DNA from: Mytilus edulis
Lineage: Eukaryota
Reading direction: 5' to 3'
Length of the DNA: 64,000 nucleotides
Assembly (NCBI RefSeq): GCF_963676685.1
Contig: NC_092347.1
Coordinates: 80,910,001-80,974,000 of the forward strand
The notes under the pieces are model-generated. The model was not told the DNA's origin and searched no databases. It was given only the letters and a program-made list of their open reading frames with translations. Both the position numbers and the translations under genes were made by a program. Shown here one piece after another: positions 11,601-26,014 of the stretch (positions are counted from its first letter, which is position 1; every line of letters starts with the position of its first letter).

Positions 11601-14600
11601 CATGCAATTAATACATGTATCTTCATAGATATTTTTTCTTCTAAATCTAAAGTAAATCAACAATATTTTATTTGTTTTGTAGATGTATACCACAAACAAA
11701 ATGACAAAGAAGTCAATAGTTTTGGTTCATAAAGATTTATTATCTTTAAAAATGAATTGAACTCCACAATACATTATTAAATTTCCTCACTGTTTATATT
11801 TAATTGAAGGCTATTTAGGTGTAACAGACTTTGGAGAAGACTACCAAGAGCCTCCTCGATATGACATGTCTACTTTTGAAATGAAGCATGACTCTCTGGT
11901 TTCTAAGAGTGGACGTGACCATCTCTTAGATCTACCTACTAGTATAAACTTTGATGATGTTGAATATCAGCAACAAAACCGTTGGCTTTTAGATTCACCT
12001 GGTGTTATATGTGAACAGCAGGTAAGTCTGAGACACCATTCTAATTACTGTTAATGCCACATTTATTTTGATCGGTACCAATTTTCATGGATTAAGAAAC
12101 AATTTTATTTTTGTATATACTTGATTTCATGGTTTTGGCAAATTCTATGTACAAGCTTACAGATAATTTGTATTTGTTTGACATTTAAATTTGTGGTCAT
12201 TCTGTATTTGTACTGAAATGTCTTATTATTTAATTTTTTTTATTTTGATTGATGTTTGTTTGCCTTTTGCTTTTAATGTAGAGAAATTTTTAGCCTGTAG
12301 ACAATAAATACATTTATTTTCGTATTATTAGAATTTTGTTACATAAAACTTTTAAAACTTGAATACTGTAATTGTTATTAAAATTAACAGTTGAGTTTGA
12401 TAAAGTTTTTTTGTAAAGATCCAAAACTTAGCATATCAGGTGCACACTTTTAACATGCTTAGAGTTGTCATTTCTGAATTTGAAAAATGTTATATGTTTT
12501 ACAGATAATCAACTTATTGACACCTACTGAGCTTATAAAACTGCTGCCAACTGATGTGGTGCCACCTAGGGTGTATTTGTTAAAACCTGGTCAGTCTATG
12601 TTTATTACAGCCTTGGGGAGAATAGATTTTATTGAGGTAAAAATGTTTGTTTAAAAATTTCATTCTGTGTCTTACATAAATAAAATATTTCTCTTCTCTT
12701 AGTGACTCTTACATTTCATCATTTTGTAAATTTAGTAAAACAGTGACATCAAACAACCTGTTGTAAAGGGACATATAAATTTCAAATGCCTGTAATAATT
12801 ATTACATATTTCTTGATATTTAAATCCTGTTTATATGTACACGGTCATTGTTTTTATAGGGAAACAAGCCAGTGTTCATGACAGTCCATGTAACTTCCAA
12901 TATAAAGGTTCACATTAAAGATAAAGAAGAGGCTGATGAATTCTATGACAAAGCTTATGGAACAAGTGTTTTACAGGTAAGTTCGAATTATAATTTGTAT
13001 TGCTGTTTTTCACAGGAACAAAAAACTAGAGTGTCCTGAATTTTGGTAGCAGGATACATGTGACCATGCATATATGTAATGCTGTGGTTTTATTTTTCTC
13101 ACATGTATTGTGCCTCAACTTCATGTTTACCCAATACTTGTATCTGGATATAAATGACGCATAATGTCCATGTATAAAAATTTTCTCTGCATTTTTCTCA
13201 GAAAATACAATTAGATCTTCCTGGAATAATATTGGCAACTCTATGTGAGCATTCATAGCTCATCAACTTACTATTTATTGAATAGTTTATAGTATTGCAC
13301 ATAATAGACATTTATGAAATCTCTTGTCCCATTGCTCTCAAGAACTGCAAATCAGATCTCTTTCAAATTTAATACCAAGTTTCATGACATCATACTATAC
13401 TGTATGATGCTTTTTCATATCTGTTAGTCACCAACTTCCTCTTCACAGAATACTGATATCAGGGGTATTATTAACTTTTGTAATGAAAAAGTGCAAATAA
13501 TTTGCTTGTTATCCGTACCTATTAATTTAAAATGATATATAGAATGAAATTCAAAACAGTGTAGCTGTGGCCATTGATTGACACATTAAAATCATCCATT
13601 GACTGGGACAATTTACGTGAACGTTTGTCTGTAACGACCACTGTTCACGACGTACCTACGATAGACATTTAAACTGTGGGGTCACCAAAGGTTTCTTAAC
13701 GCCTTTAATTATAAAATAATTCGAAAAATTAATCAGGAATAACCTTTGTGTTTTGATTTATATAATTGATATAAATCAAAATATCGTGTTATTTCTGATT
13801 AATTTTTCGAATCACTTTATTTAGGTGTTGAGAACCTTTGGTGACCCCATAGTTTAAGTGTCTTTAAAAAGTACATAGTGAGCATTGGTCGTTACATACA
13901 AACGTTCACCTAAATTGTCCCAGTCAATGGATGATTTTAATGTGTCAATCAATGGCCACAGCTACACTGTTTTGAATTTCATTCTATTTTTGTTTGTCCT
14001 ATTTTACAGCATAAAGTAAACCTAAAATTTATGTTTTTTCCTTTTTATACGACCGCAAAAAAATTGTGGTAGTATATTAGTATCACCTCAGTGTTGAGGT
14101 CGGCGTCATCATCATCCAAAGACATTTGGTTTCCGGACAATAACTTTAGTATAAGAAAAAAAATAATCTATAAAATTTAAACATAAGGTTTATTTATAAC
14201 CACAAAAGGAAGGTTGGGATGAATTTTGGGGGTTATGGTCCAATCAGTTTAGGAATAACGGGTCAAAAGGAGCCCAAATAAGCACTTTTCTAGTTTCTAG
14301 ACAATAACTTGTGGAATGGTGTATGGATCTCTCTGAAATTATACCACAAGTTTCCATACCACAAAGGAATGGTTAGGATTGGCTTTGGTGGGTTAGGGCA
14401 CAAACTGTTTAGGAATTAGGGACAAAAAGGGGGAAAACAAGGGTTTTCTGGTTAATGAACAATTACTTTATACAATGCTATGTTTGAATTACCTCCCTTG
14501 CACTGCTTTAAATGACATGTATGAATAAAGAAATGTTGTATTGTCTTAATGTGATTAGCTGTCAATTTATTTTAAGAAGTTACTATTAAAAATGCTGATT

Positions 14601-17600
14601 GAGGTATTTTAAATTTAGCCATGATTATATATGTCATTTTCTATTTTAATATTTTTATGATGTATTTAAGTGGGTAATAATTATGGTTGCAAACTCCATT
14701 GGAAATTTGAAGTGAGATTATGACCATATCTTGAGGGAAAGAATTATTATTTATTTTGGAAAATAGGGTGGGGTAAAAAAGAAATTGTGGGGGACAATTT
14801 TTTCTCCTGAAGATTTCAGAAATTTAAAAGAAAATGTCTAAAATCATTATTGAAAAATCATTTTAAAAAACAGGGGGGGGGAGGGGGGCACTTCTCAACA
14901 CCATAGTGTATTGCACAAAAGCTAACAATAAATATAAATTCAAATCATATAACCAATTCTAAGTTCTTTTACTACAGTTATTCTGTGTCAGAAACCTATT
15001 ATGTGTCAAATATTTAATTACAATCCAAATTCAGACCTGTATTAAGCACGAATATTGTGTCTTTTTTTGCCACAACTATTCAGGGTTGAACTTCTGCGAT
15101 CGTATCCAACTGGGCTCGGCAAAGCAATTTATTAAAATATCTTATATGACTAACAAGAAGCCTCTCTTATCTTATATTTAATCAATAAGCCAAAACATAC
15201 TGATATTTTTATTTACTTTATGATAAATATTTTCAGTAGTTTAGAAACCAAGTAATGTTCAACCTTTTTTTCAAGACCTTGGTGTTTTTAAACACAAGTA
15301 TAGATTTAACAACTTCAAATAGTTAGGACAAACTAACATCAGCTGTGTCAAATTAAGATCAAAATGGTTCGAGGAATAATTTTCCTATTCTTCATGATAA
15401 GTTGTCATGGATTTCTAATGCAATCCACACCAGCTTTACAAATTACTGATAAACATTATAATTTTTTGCTGGACATGTTGATAGAGGAACGTCAATCCCG
15501 TCGTAATTTAGAGGCCTACATTACCAAGTTACAATCTGATGTGAGCCATTTACAACTGTGTGGATGTACCGGTACCAGTATTACATCTCCCGTTAACAAC
15601 ACTGCTGCTTTGGAAACCAAGTTGAACACACTTAATAGTAAATTTGAGAAACTTGAGAATAAACATTCAGCGGTTTTAAACAGGTCAATTCAGTTGGAAA
15701 ATGAACTGTTTGACCTTAAGAATCTAGAGTTAAATTCACTGCAAAAAGATTTAGAAACAGTGAAAGTACAGTCAACGCAACTGAATAGTGATTATTCATT
15801 GGTTGTTAATAAATCGGATCAGTTAGAAAGGGAATTACAGGAAGTTAAACGACTGAAAAGTGTCTCCAACTTGCAGATTGTTAAATTGCAAAAACAGGCC
15901 AATGATTTATCTCAGGAAATAGTACAGACAAACAATAGGCAGAGAGCAATCATTTCTGACAATAATGCTAGAAAACAGGATTTTCTAGCACTTCTCCAAA
16001 AAGTAATAACCTCGCAAGGACAAATTGGAACACTGAATAATGAAACTTTAAGCATTAAAGATGGTGTGCAGAAAGAAGAAAGACAAATTCTAACACTAAT
16101 TAATAAAACTGTAAGCATTACAAATGATTTGCACACAGTAGAGGCAGCTATTTCAGCAATGAACAGAACCATTCAGCAAAAGATTAATGCTATGATCAAC
16201 AAAGGTAATTAAAGTTAATAAAGATTCATTTGGTTGTATTGGCCAATTTCAAAATTCTTTTATTCTAAAACTACAAGATGAAATGCTCTGTGTCTAAATT
16301 AAACTTCTAATTGGATAATCCTCTACAGATTGTTTTCATTTGATATTGATATGGACTTTTTTATGGTGTATTTAGAATTTTGATTTTGGGTCCCACATCA
16401 GTGTTCAAAGAGTCCAAAACTAGAATCTGTTTGGTTTTACCAAAAATTAAATGGCAGTGGTTTTTGCTAGGCTGAATTACTAAGCTCAACATAGGGATAG
16501 TGATCCAGTGGCGGTGTAAGCTAACTTCTTAAAAGCTTTATATTTTAGAAGGTGGAAGATCTGGATGCTTCATACTTTGTCTATAGATACCTCATGTTAT
16601 GAAGTTTCTGTCAGTCACATGTCCAATGTCCTTGACCTCATTTTCATGGTTCAGTGACTACTTGAAAAAAAAGTTAAGATTTTTTTGTAATGTTAAATTC
16701 TCTCTTATTATAAGTAATAGGATAACTATATTTGATATGTGCGTACCTTGCAAGGTCCTCATGACTGTCAGACAGTTTTCACTTGACCTCAACCTCATTT
16801 CATGGATCAGTGAACAAGGTTAAGTTTTGGTGGTCAAGTCCATATCTCAGATACTATAAGCAATAGGGCTAGTATAAGGTGTACATGTCCAACTGACAGG
16901 TGTCATCTGACCTTGACCTCATTTTCATGGTTCAGTGGTTATAGTTAAATTTTTGTGTTTTGGTCTGTTGTTCTCATACTATATGCAATAGGTCTACTAT
17001 ATTTGGTGTATGGAATGATTGTAAGGTGTACATGTCTAGCGGGCAGATGTCATGTGACCTTGACCTCATTTTCATGGTTCAGTGGTCAAAGTTAAGTTTT
17101 TGAGTTTTGGTCTTTTTATCTAATACTATATGCCATAGGTCAACTATATTTGGTGTATGGAAATATTTAATGATCTTTATGTCAGTCGTGCAGGTTTTAT
17201 TTGACCCTGACCTCATTTTCACGGTTCAGTGCACAGTGTTAAGTTTTTGTGTTTTGGTCTATTTTTCTTAAACTATAAGTAATAGGTCAACTATATATGT
17301 TGTATAGAAGCATTGTTAGCTGTACATGTCTGCCTGGCATGGTTCATCTGACCTTGACCTCATTTTCAAGGTTCATTGGTCTTTGTTTAGTTATCTTGGT
17401 TAATGTTAAGTTTATGGTACAGTTGTTATAAAGCTTAGCTTTTTACTTAGGACTATCAACATAATATCAATGATTAGTATAGAAGGCGAGACATTTCAGC
17501 GTGTGCACTCTTGTTAAAAAAAGTCTAAAAAAAAACTTCAGTTCATTATAATTAAATTCTATAATCCTTTTTACTTAGATTTTTTTTTTCTGAATTTTAT

Positions 17601-20600
17601 TTCCACTTCATCATTCATTCCTAAAATTGCTTAATTATCAATATTAATTTCTAAATGCTAACAGTTGAACAGCATCAAGAAAAAATATTTCCACCCCTTT
17701 GCCATCACCCCAAATCACAATATGTTTAAAACTGTAATCATAACCTGATGACAAATAAACCTATAAAAATACTATCATGCACATCCATCTGTACCAACAT
17801 TTGTAGAAATATTGAAACACCAAAAATTATTAGATTAGTAGTAAAAGTTGTCCTACCAATTACAGCACAAACCCTATAAAACTATTATTGTCAATTAATT
17901 TTTAAAGTTATTGAATTCTAGTTGAACATGGTGTACTTTGAATATGCTAAATCTAACTATGTATTTAGATTTGGGATCTATGTATTGGACAATAATAGAT
18001 TAAGTAAAATTTCAAATTTTATATTTCAGACAATCTTCATATATTGTTTTTATCCTGCAATTTACACGCAAAATATGAACTTTAGTTGCTAAAATCTAAA
18101 TCATTGTCTCTAATTCTTTCAATGAAATCAACATTATTTAAATGCTGACCGTGAAGAGGACCCCAAAAAGAAATATCCACATTACCACTTAACCAACAAA
18201 AAAATGGGGTAACAGGTGACTATATTTGTACAAGTAAAAAATAAAGCAAAAATTTATTTGTGTACCTGTTAATTGTACAATGTGCAGTTAGGCTGCATTA
18301 GTTGGTGAACAAGTCAAACGTGCATTACCTTTATTATTTTTTATTATTTTGTCTTTTTCAGTAAAACCAGCCTTTTCTGCTTCTCTTACTAGATCAAAAT
18401 CACTCTCAGCAGGTGAAATTGTGAAATTTGATAAAGTATGGATAAATATTGGCAGTGGTTATGATCCAAACACAGGTGTTTTTACTGCCCCTGAACCAGG
18501 TGTTTACCAGTTTGCATACACAATTACTAAGGTTAATAGTAACAACATTCTAGCTCACCTCTATAAGAATGAGATGAAAACTGTTGCAATATATCCTTCC
18601 ACCACTGACAGTGGCCTTGAAATGGGTACAATGAATATGGTCTTACAGCTTCAGAAGGCAGACAGAGTATACATCAAGCTAACTTCTGGTGGACTAGTGT
18701 ATTCAGAATCTAACAGCAACTTTGATGCGTTTTCTGGTTTCAAGATTTCTGATTGAACTTATGATTTTGCCAAAAAAGATTTCAAACTTTAAAGTAGTAA
18801 TTGATATTGATTTCTTTGAATCACTTGAATATGACTGTTTTTATCAGTGATGTATGATCAGACAACAGATGAATATATGCACAAAGAAAAAAGTTATACA
18901 CCCCAAAGTTTTTCTAAATGACAAATGTATGATTATTGTTTTAGTGATAACAGACCAAATAATCACAAAAATACAAATATGCCCTAGACATAACATTAGT
19001 TTTAAGAAAAACACAACAAATGATCAACAGAAAAGATAGTTTAATAAACAGTTTTTATCACAAAATCACAAACCCAGTTATTAAAACATGTTCATTCTTA
19101 AGTACCGGTACTGACATTACAGAGCCTCTAACATGAGGGACAGTTGGTTTGATGTTCAATGAGGTAATAACTATTGATGTAAGCTCCCTTATGATTTTCA
19201 TAAATTTCAAATGTGACATTGAGAAGTAATTGAACTTTATTCTTTGAAAATGTGACAAGCTCATGGTGCAGCTGTTTATTATTACATATTTGAATTGACC
19301 AGGTAAAAAATATCTTGTATGCACATTTTTGTAAAAAAATCACTGTAGGGAAAATTTTGCTTGATTATATAGGGAATCTGAATCTGAAGCTTGTTCAGAG
19401 TGGGCCCCCACTGATGAAAAATTCTGGATCCCCCAGTGTGCTGATAGGTGAAAGTTATATCTCACAGTGGGACAGTTCTAAGTCTGTGTATTGTCTTCCT
19501 CTTCTGCCAAATGAAAGGAATTCTAATAAAGTTGGGAGTTGCTTTAATTCTGAAGGACCATCACTTCACCCTGCAACTATTTATTTTTTTTACTTTTATC
19601 AAGAAATATAAACCTGTCCTCTAATTATCCTCTTTAAAGTTTTATCTAAATTAACAGAGATTGTTCTGACATAATGGACTGACCATTTTTTTGTAAAAGT
19701 ACAAGTTGTTCTATATTATAATAAATAGCCAGAAATTAACAAGATAGGTTGTAACCAAGAAAGGTCATTTCTTAAATATTTGATGGGTTAAAATATTTTA
19801 AACAAAGTTTGTGACATTGTGCTGGAAACAGTATATCTATATGTTCCTGCATTGTGTTATTCTTTCTTGTGTGTGCAAATGAATAAGTTTAAGTAAAGGC
19901 CAGTTGCCTTACTATGAAAACAGCTTAGTTGTTACCACTGTAGGTGGGATGTCTTTGGCATTGACAATACAGAAGAACAAAGGTTTCTAAATTATTGCTC
20001 TCTATGATCTGTGCACTTTGGATCTGTAGTCTATCATGTCTATAATGATTGTAATTGTGTTTAATGGGTATGAAATAAAGTAAAAGAAGAAGTGATCAAA
20101 TGTTGTGTTTTTTTTAATATAAATACCTGGACTGTTGTTATATAAAGATAAGAAAATAAGTTATACTGTGGATTCATTTATTTTGGTGAATACTAATGTT
20201 TGTGGATTAAATAAAAAAATTGTTATTTTGAGGATATTTTTAATCTTGGATTTGCCCAAACCTGCATTGTCTACAGATAATATTTACGTATTTGAATACA
20301 TTATATATGTGCTTATATATATATATAGTTAAACCTAAACCTACAAAATCCACAAAAATTGTTATACCATGAAAATAAAAAAAAATCACTGTTTATGATT
20401 TCACAAGTTCCCACAGAAACCAAATGATGTAGAATTCTAAGCAACAGAAGGTCACCAGATGGCCTTCAACTTTGAGCGAAACCCATACTGCATAGTAAGC
20501 TATAGAATTTAGGTCTGACATGACAAATGTAAAACAATTCACTAAACATTGAATCTAAAAGCCTGCTTTATCCAAAAAACAATAAATAAATATAATACAT

Positions 20601-23303
20601 AGTATACAGCAATAAATGACAACCACTGAATTACTGGCTCCTTATTTGGGACAAACAAAACCTGAAGGAGGTGGGGCTTAACATGTATGTGGACACCTAA
20701 CCTCCAGCATGCATGGGATAGAGGTGTTTAGCAAAACATATGAATGGTACTTTAATTTTTGTCATTCTTGTATGTTTTTGATTTCTTGTACATGCATGCA
20801 GGTATAATATAATGTTTGAAGGTATTTGTTTCATTATAAAATAATACACCATTGTTTCTTAATTTGGAATAAAATACAAGTACATTTGTCACCTTTCCAG
20901 TAAAAATATGAATCTTTAGAATGATATTGATGATGAAATACAAAAAGACTCATACCAGATTTACAGAGAAAAACATGTGTCAAATGATTTCTGCTGTGTT
21001 TGTTTTCAATAAACATCCCATGCCTGAAGATTATAAAAGCTGGTAACTCCAAAAAGCTTTTAAAATTCATAGCCTATTTTTCTGTTGTAAGAATTTTAGT
21101 TCCTTTTTTCACATCAGCTTTTTCATTTAGAATTAGTAAAATAAAAGTTATATTCTATATTCTGATCATATTTTGACCTACATTATTGTTGATCCTATTT
21201 AGCAGTTTGAATGTAAATTTCCCTGTAAAAATGTATACTTTTTTACTTATTACTTATATTAAATATACCATTTAGCTATTTTTTTAAGGTACCTATTGAT
21301 GAAGAAAGACTTGACAGTATACCATCATTAGTTGGAAGAGAGTACCATTTGACAAACTTTGTGTCTAATGACCATGCCATTGCAGACATTCAGCTTTCAT
21401 CACTAGGTAAGTCTTTTTTCTTCAACCAATCACAGTAAGTCTGACTGCTTTAAACATGATCCAAACAGGTTTTCTATATTTTTGCTGTACTTGCAAATAA
21501 TGAATTTTTGAAATGTGTTTAGGGTGAATCTAGTTCATACCAGTTTCTTGTCATTTTGTGTTCAAAAACTGAAACCAGACACATGTGATTTTGTTTCAGT
21601 TGATATCAAGATTTTTTCATACTTTTAAAAGGAGGGTCTCCCATTCAGATTTTTTTTTCAAGAGATATATTTTAATGGCAGAAATTTTTTGGTCATGGTG
21701 TTTTGTTTTGAAAATCGCCACAGGACAGATTTTACAAAAATAGATATTCTATTTGAAATCTGTAAAATCTTTACCGGGTATTACAATTATTAAAAAGCAC
21801 CTGCTAACTACCACAAAGTAAATTGTTTAGTGTACTTGACACGTTTGGCCAATAAGAGAATGTTGAAGAAACGTTACTTTGTAATATTAATGAATAAGGA
21901 ATTTATCATGCAAACTACATCAATTTTTGTTTTGCTTGACGGAGTCAAAAAGAGAGACATAGGTATGCTGTTTCCGGCGGCGGGGGCGGGAACGAAGGCG
22001 TCAACAATGTAATAGTTTGTGATTAGGTCTAGTTTATGGTGAACCACTAGTGGTAGGTCAAAGATATTTGGTATGCAGTTGTATTAGTTTTGGCACATAT
22101 CATTGCCTTGGAGATAATTTGGCCCCGCCCCCTCAGTTATGGTCTATTGACTTTGAAATTTTTGCTTAGTTTTCATGTATTAGTTTGTGATTAGGTCAGT
22201 TTATGGGGAACCACTATTGGTAGGTCAATGATATTTGGTATGCTGTTGTATAAGCATTGGCACATCTAATTTTTTTCATGGAGATTATTTGGCCTGCCCC
22301 TCTGTCATGGTCTATTGACTTTGAAACTTTGATTAGTTTACATGTATTAGTTTGTGATTAGGTTTGTTGAAAGGGAACTACTTATGATATTATACAATGG
22401 TATTTAGTATGCAGTTGTATTAGCATTTGCACATCTTATTTCCATTGAGAATGTTCAGCCATGTACCTTCAGTCATGGTTCATTGACCTCTTTTATTTCA
22501 ACATTTGCATTATCGAATTTACAAAAAAGCGAGACATATCTCTGTGATAACAGTTTATTATTCATCAATTACTTGACCTATGGTTTTCTGTATTCTTTAC
22601 CCTATACTAAACCTTTTTGTTGGTTTTTTATTTGGAAGTTAGATATCTATAATGTCAGTATATTTCTAGTGATATTTCTAAGGATATCTTTATATAAGAA
22701 TAAGAAGTTTGGAAGAATTGCCAATGAGACAACTATCCACTAGAGTCAAGTTTGCTGTTGTGCAAAGGTCTAATAGAATAAAGGTTACATCACAATTGTT
22801 TTTCTTTGTAAAAATGCAACATGTAAGCTATTTTTTAATTTTCCCATTATGAAATGGCCTTTTTATCTCAAGTTCATCTGTGCACATACATAGAAAAATA
22901 ATGTGAACATAAATTGTCCTGAATATATAAAAGTTGGGATCATGCCTTATTCACATACATCAAGAAAATGTGAAAAACGCTAAAACATTAATCGCCCAAA
23001 GTGAGCTTGAAACACCGAAACGCAAAATAAAGTATCCATGAAAATAAGTTTGTTTACAGTACTCCCTTTAACCACTCTCTAGAAATATAACATGAAATTT
23101 CACCTTGTTTATTATTTCTATTTACAGGCTGGGTTTCTGTTACTAAAAGTGAAAACAGTGATGTAAGATTAAGAGCCTACACACCAGGAGCTAAAGGACT
23201 ATATTTAAGAGAACCAGCATTGTTGCCTAATATAAAGGCTTTCAGAGGAAAGAGAATTGGGGGAAAACAAGAATACAGAATTCAACCACCAAAAATGCTT
23301 TAG
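8646..23303 (+). CDS. NOA1: Nitric oxide-associated protein 1 (mitochondrial circularly permuted GTPase, YqeH family), 676 aa
   Basis: Exons 8646-9612, 10016-10144, 11077-11256, 11810-12021, 12505-12636, 12860-12976, 21289-21406, 23128-23303 sum to 2031 nt in frame and end in TAG. Zn motif CQGCG...CQKC, then permuted G4 NKVD, G5 ISAKTG, G1 GNTNAGKS, G2 PGTT, G3 DSPG. C-terminal [20 protein letters not shown] and LREPALLP. Start ATG taken at 8646; the ORF track starts at an upstream GTG. Confidence 0.93.
11246..11364 (+). repeat. 31-bp tandem repeat spanning the NOA1 exon 3 donor
   Basis: AACTTTGTCAG(G/A)TATTTAATGTTATGTAATA, about 3.6 copies. Confidence 0.85.
13539..13987. mobile_element. 449-bp foldback MITE, copy 2
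   Basis: Same sequence, length and orientation as 4403-4851. Confidence 0.9.
14041..15130 (+). mobile_element. Helentron/HINE-like element upstream of the C1q gene
   Basis: TTTTTATACGACCGCA start, degenerate (GTC/ATC)n tract, internal repeats, complementary TGCGATCGTAT near the 3' end. Related fragment at about 25115-25310. Confidence 0.6.
15364..18756 (+). CDS. Secreted C1q-domain-containing protein (signal peptide + long coiled coil + globular C1q), 411 aa, nested in NOA1 intron 6
   Basis: Exon 1 15364-16204 ([16 protein letters not shown] signal-like, heptad-rich; donor G|gtaatt). Exon 2 18362-18756 (acceptor tttttcag; VKPAFSASL...[31 protein letters not shown]...[11 protein letters not shown]...FSGFKI, a C1q domain). 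The phase-1 junction is in frame. AATAAA at 19043-19048. Confidence 0.93.
16460..17515 (+). mobile_element. HINE-like element with about 155-bp internal tandem repeats, in the C1q intron
   Basis: Repeated (CATC)TGACCTTGACCTCATTTTCATGGTTCAGTG. Ends GACATTTCAGCGTGTGCACTCTTGTT. Confidence 0.75.
21924..22560 (+). mobile_element. HINE-like element with about 150-bp internal repeats
   Basis: T-run start, (GGC)n-like tract, three copies of TAGTTTGTGATTAGGT...GGTATGCAGTTGTAT...CATGGTCTATTGAC, GCGAGACA near the 3' end. Confidence 0.6.
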
Positions 23304-25359
23304 ATAATAAATATTTCATCAGTCTGTTAATTGTCACTATTATGCCTTCTACTAATTATCAATACAAAATGCATGCATTTTTCAACACTGTGTGGAAAAA
23401 AAGACACAAAACAATTGATGTTTAGGCGAAAATGCAAAGAAAATAATAATATTGAAAGTGTGTCTTTCTGTCTATTTATCAGTCCTGTTCTTGTCATCCA
23501 ACCCCTCTGAAATCATACCAAAATTAAACTTTATAGATAATAAGGACATACTAAATAGATGTGTATATCGATTAATGACAGGAAATTATGATTCAATTTT
23601 ATTCTTCTATAGTTATGCCCCTTTGAACTTAGAATTTTGGTCGAAATATACTACTGCAACAGTTAGTTATAGCAACTCATCAGAAACTACATAACAGAAT
23701 TTCATGAAACTTTATAGTTAAATAGGACATAATATGTGGTGCATAACCACAAGGAACTTTTATAACACATCTTTTGTAGGAGTTATGAGTCCTTGAATTT
23801 TGGATTCTGGTGAGTTTTTGTTTGCCCAGTGACAATGTGGGGCCATGGGGTATGTGAGCATGCTCACTACGATTCTTTCAGTTTCGAAATTGAAATAACA
23901 GCTTAAATGAATAAATTAAAAAAGAGATGTAGAATATATGACAATGAGACACATCATAACAACACAAAAACATTGTTAAGAGATATTGATATGATCTTCA
24001 ACAGATGTCCAAGTTATAAATATGATTATAAGAACAAGAAATTTCAAATTGAGTTCAACTGTGCCTGTTGCTCAAGTATTAATGAGGCTCTAAAATAAGC
24101 TACATTTTGAAATTTATATCTGAATGTATGTCTATGGTTATCCTTGTCGGAGAAGGATTTTATAAGAAATTTTGCCCAAATTTTGAAATAAAAAGTATGA
24201 TTTGGTATCTTAAAATTGGTGACATTCCAAAATTATTACAAAAAGCCTATATCCAAGACCGCAATGGACATGTTAGTCAGTGTGAGTCACAGAGTCTGAA
24301 TCTTAAATTTTCGCTTTACACTATTTATGGATGAAAATAAAATTTTGTTTTAACAAGAAACTTAGGTAATAAGAATAAATTATCTCTATAACACATGCCA
24401 AACATCTTCTTTTCTTCTAAATAAGAAATTCTAAACTGCAGGATGAATTAGAAATCGACCAACGTCATCATGAGGTGCATCAAGTTTATATAAGATTATT
24501 TTATTGCATGGAACCAATTACAACTTTGTTCCAATAATGGAAATAACTACATGTATTCAAAGAACTCTGATAATGGTCCCACACAACAGTCACATATTTG
24601 GAGGATATTATAATGGATCATATTGTCTCTACTGTACAGCTTACATGTACCTAATATAGTTATATGTGTAAGTCTGACTGTGTCAGACGCATTACTTTTG
24701 TACTGTATTACATGACAAAATTAGTGTAAGATTGATGTTATATGCATACACTTCTAAAGAAATGTCATAAAGTTGATCTCAAAAAGTATTGAAAGTCATT
24801 TGAGCCAAATGACAGTGGTTTGGGTACAGACATAATAATACGGCCCATGTAGGTAAGTGTTAACATGAACAAAATCTTTAATCAACTACTTATTGAAGAA
24901 ATGCTTTTTAATGATAAATTTTCACAATTTTAGGGGCATTTTTGCCTATTATCTTTAAAATTGTTACAAGGAATAGAACTTTAGAATCAAATATGATTGG
25001 CAAGACTAGATCTATTAATAAGTAATTATGACCAAAATTGTTATGGTAGTCAACTTCTTCAAAGTTACTGCTCTTTATGGTGATTTTCCCCAAAATTTAA
25101 GGCCTTTAAATGTCATCTTTGTTGTCCGAAGACATTTGGTTTCCAGATGATTACTTCAGTATTTATAAGTCTTTGGCATTTAGTACTGCAAGGTTCCATT
25201 CCAAAAATGGAAGGTTGGGATTGATTTTGAGGGTTATGTCCTAACTGTTTTGGAATTAGGGGCCAAAAGTCAAAGATTTGCTGGTTTCCAGACAATAACT
25301 AGAGTATAAGGCAATGACAGTAATCCTGTTTATATTTAAAACCTCTAATAATTGACAAA

Positions 25360-26014
25360 TTATAAGTAATAGGATAACTATATTTGGAATGTTCGTACCT
25401 TGCAAGGTCCTCATGCCCGTCAGAGACAGTTTTCACTTGACCTGATTTCATGAATCAGTGAACAAGGTTAAGTTTTGGTGGTCAAGTCCATATCTCTGAT
25501 ACTATAAGCAATAAATCTAGTATATTTGGTGTATGGAAGGATTGTAAGGTGTACATGTCCCAACTGGCAGGTGTCATCTGACCTTGACCTCATTTTCATG
25601 GTTTAGTGGTTATGGTTATTTTTTGTGTGTTTTGGTCTGATTTTCTTATACTGTATGCAAAATGTCTTCTATATTTGGTGTATGGAAATATTTTGATATG
25701 TTTGTGTCAGTCTCACAGGTTTTGTTTGAACTTTACCTCATTTTCACGGTTCATAGCCCAGTGTTAAGTGTTTGTGTATGTGTTGTATGGAAGGATTTTA
25801 AGCTCTACATGACTGCCTGGCATGGTTCATCTGACCTTGATCTTATTTTCATGGTTCATTGGTCAATATTCTTGGTGATGTCTGTTTCTTAGAAGCTAGA
25901 AGCAATAGGTCGACTATATTTAGTGTATTGAACGATTGTAAGGTGTACGTGTATTTCTTCTTTGGGTTTATATGACCTTGGCCTCATTTTCTTGAAACAT
26001 GTATAGTTGTAGTA
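25360..26014 (+). mobile_element. Left part of a HINE-like element (same family as 16460-17515), split by the Gypsy insertion; right part 34688-34754
   Basis: Collinear with about 16709-17430. The sequence resumes after the 3' LTR with GCTTTATATTTAGGACTATCAAC...GTGTGCACTCTTGTT. Confidence 0.8.
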
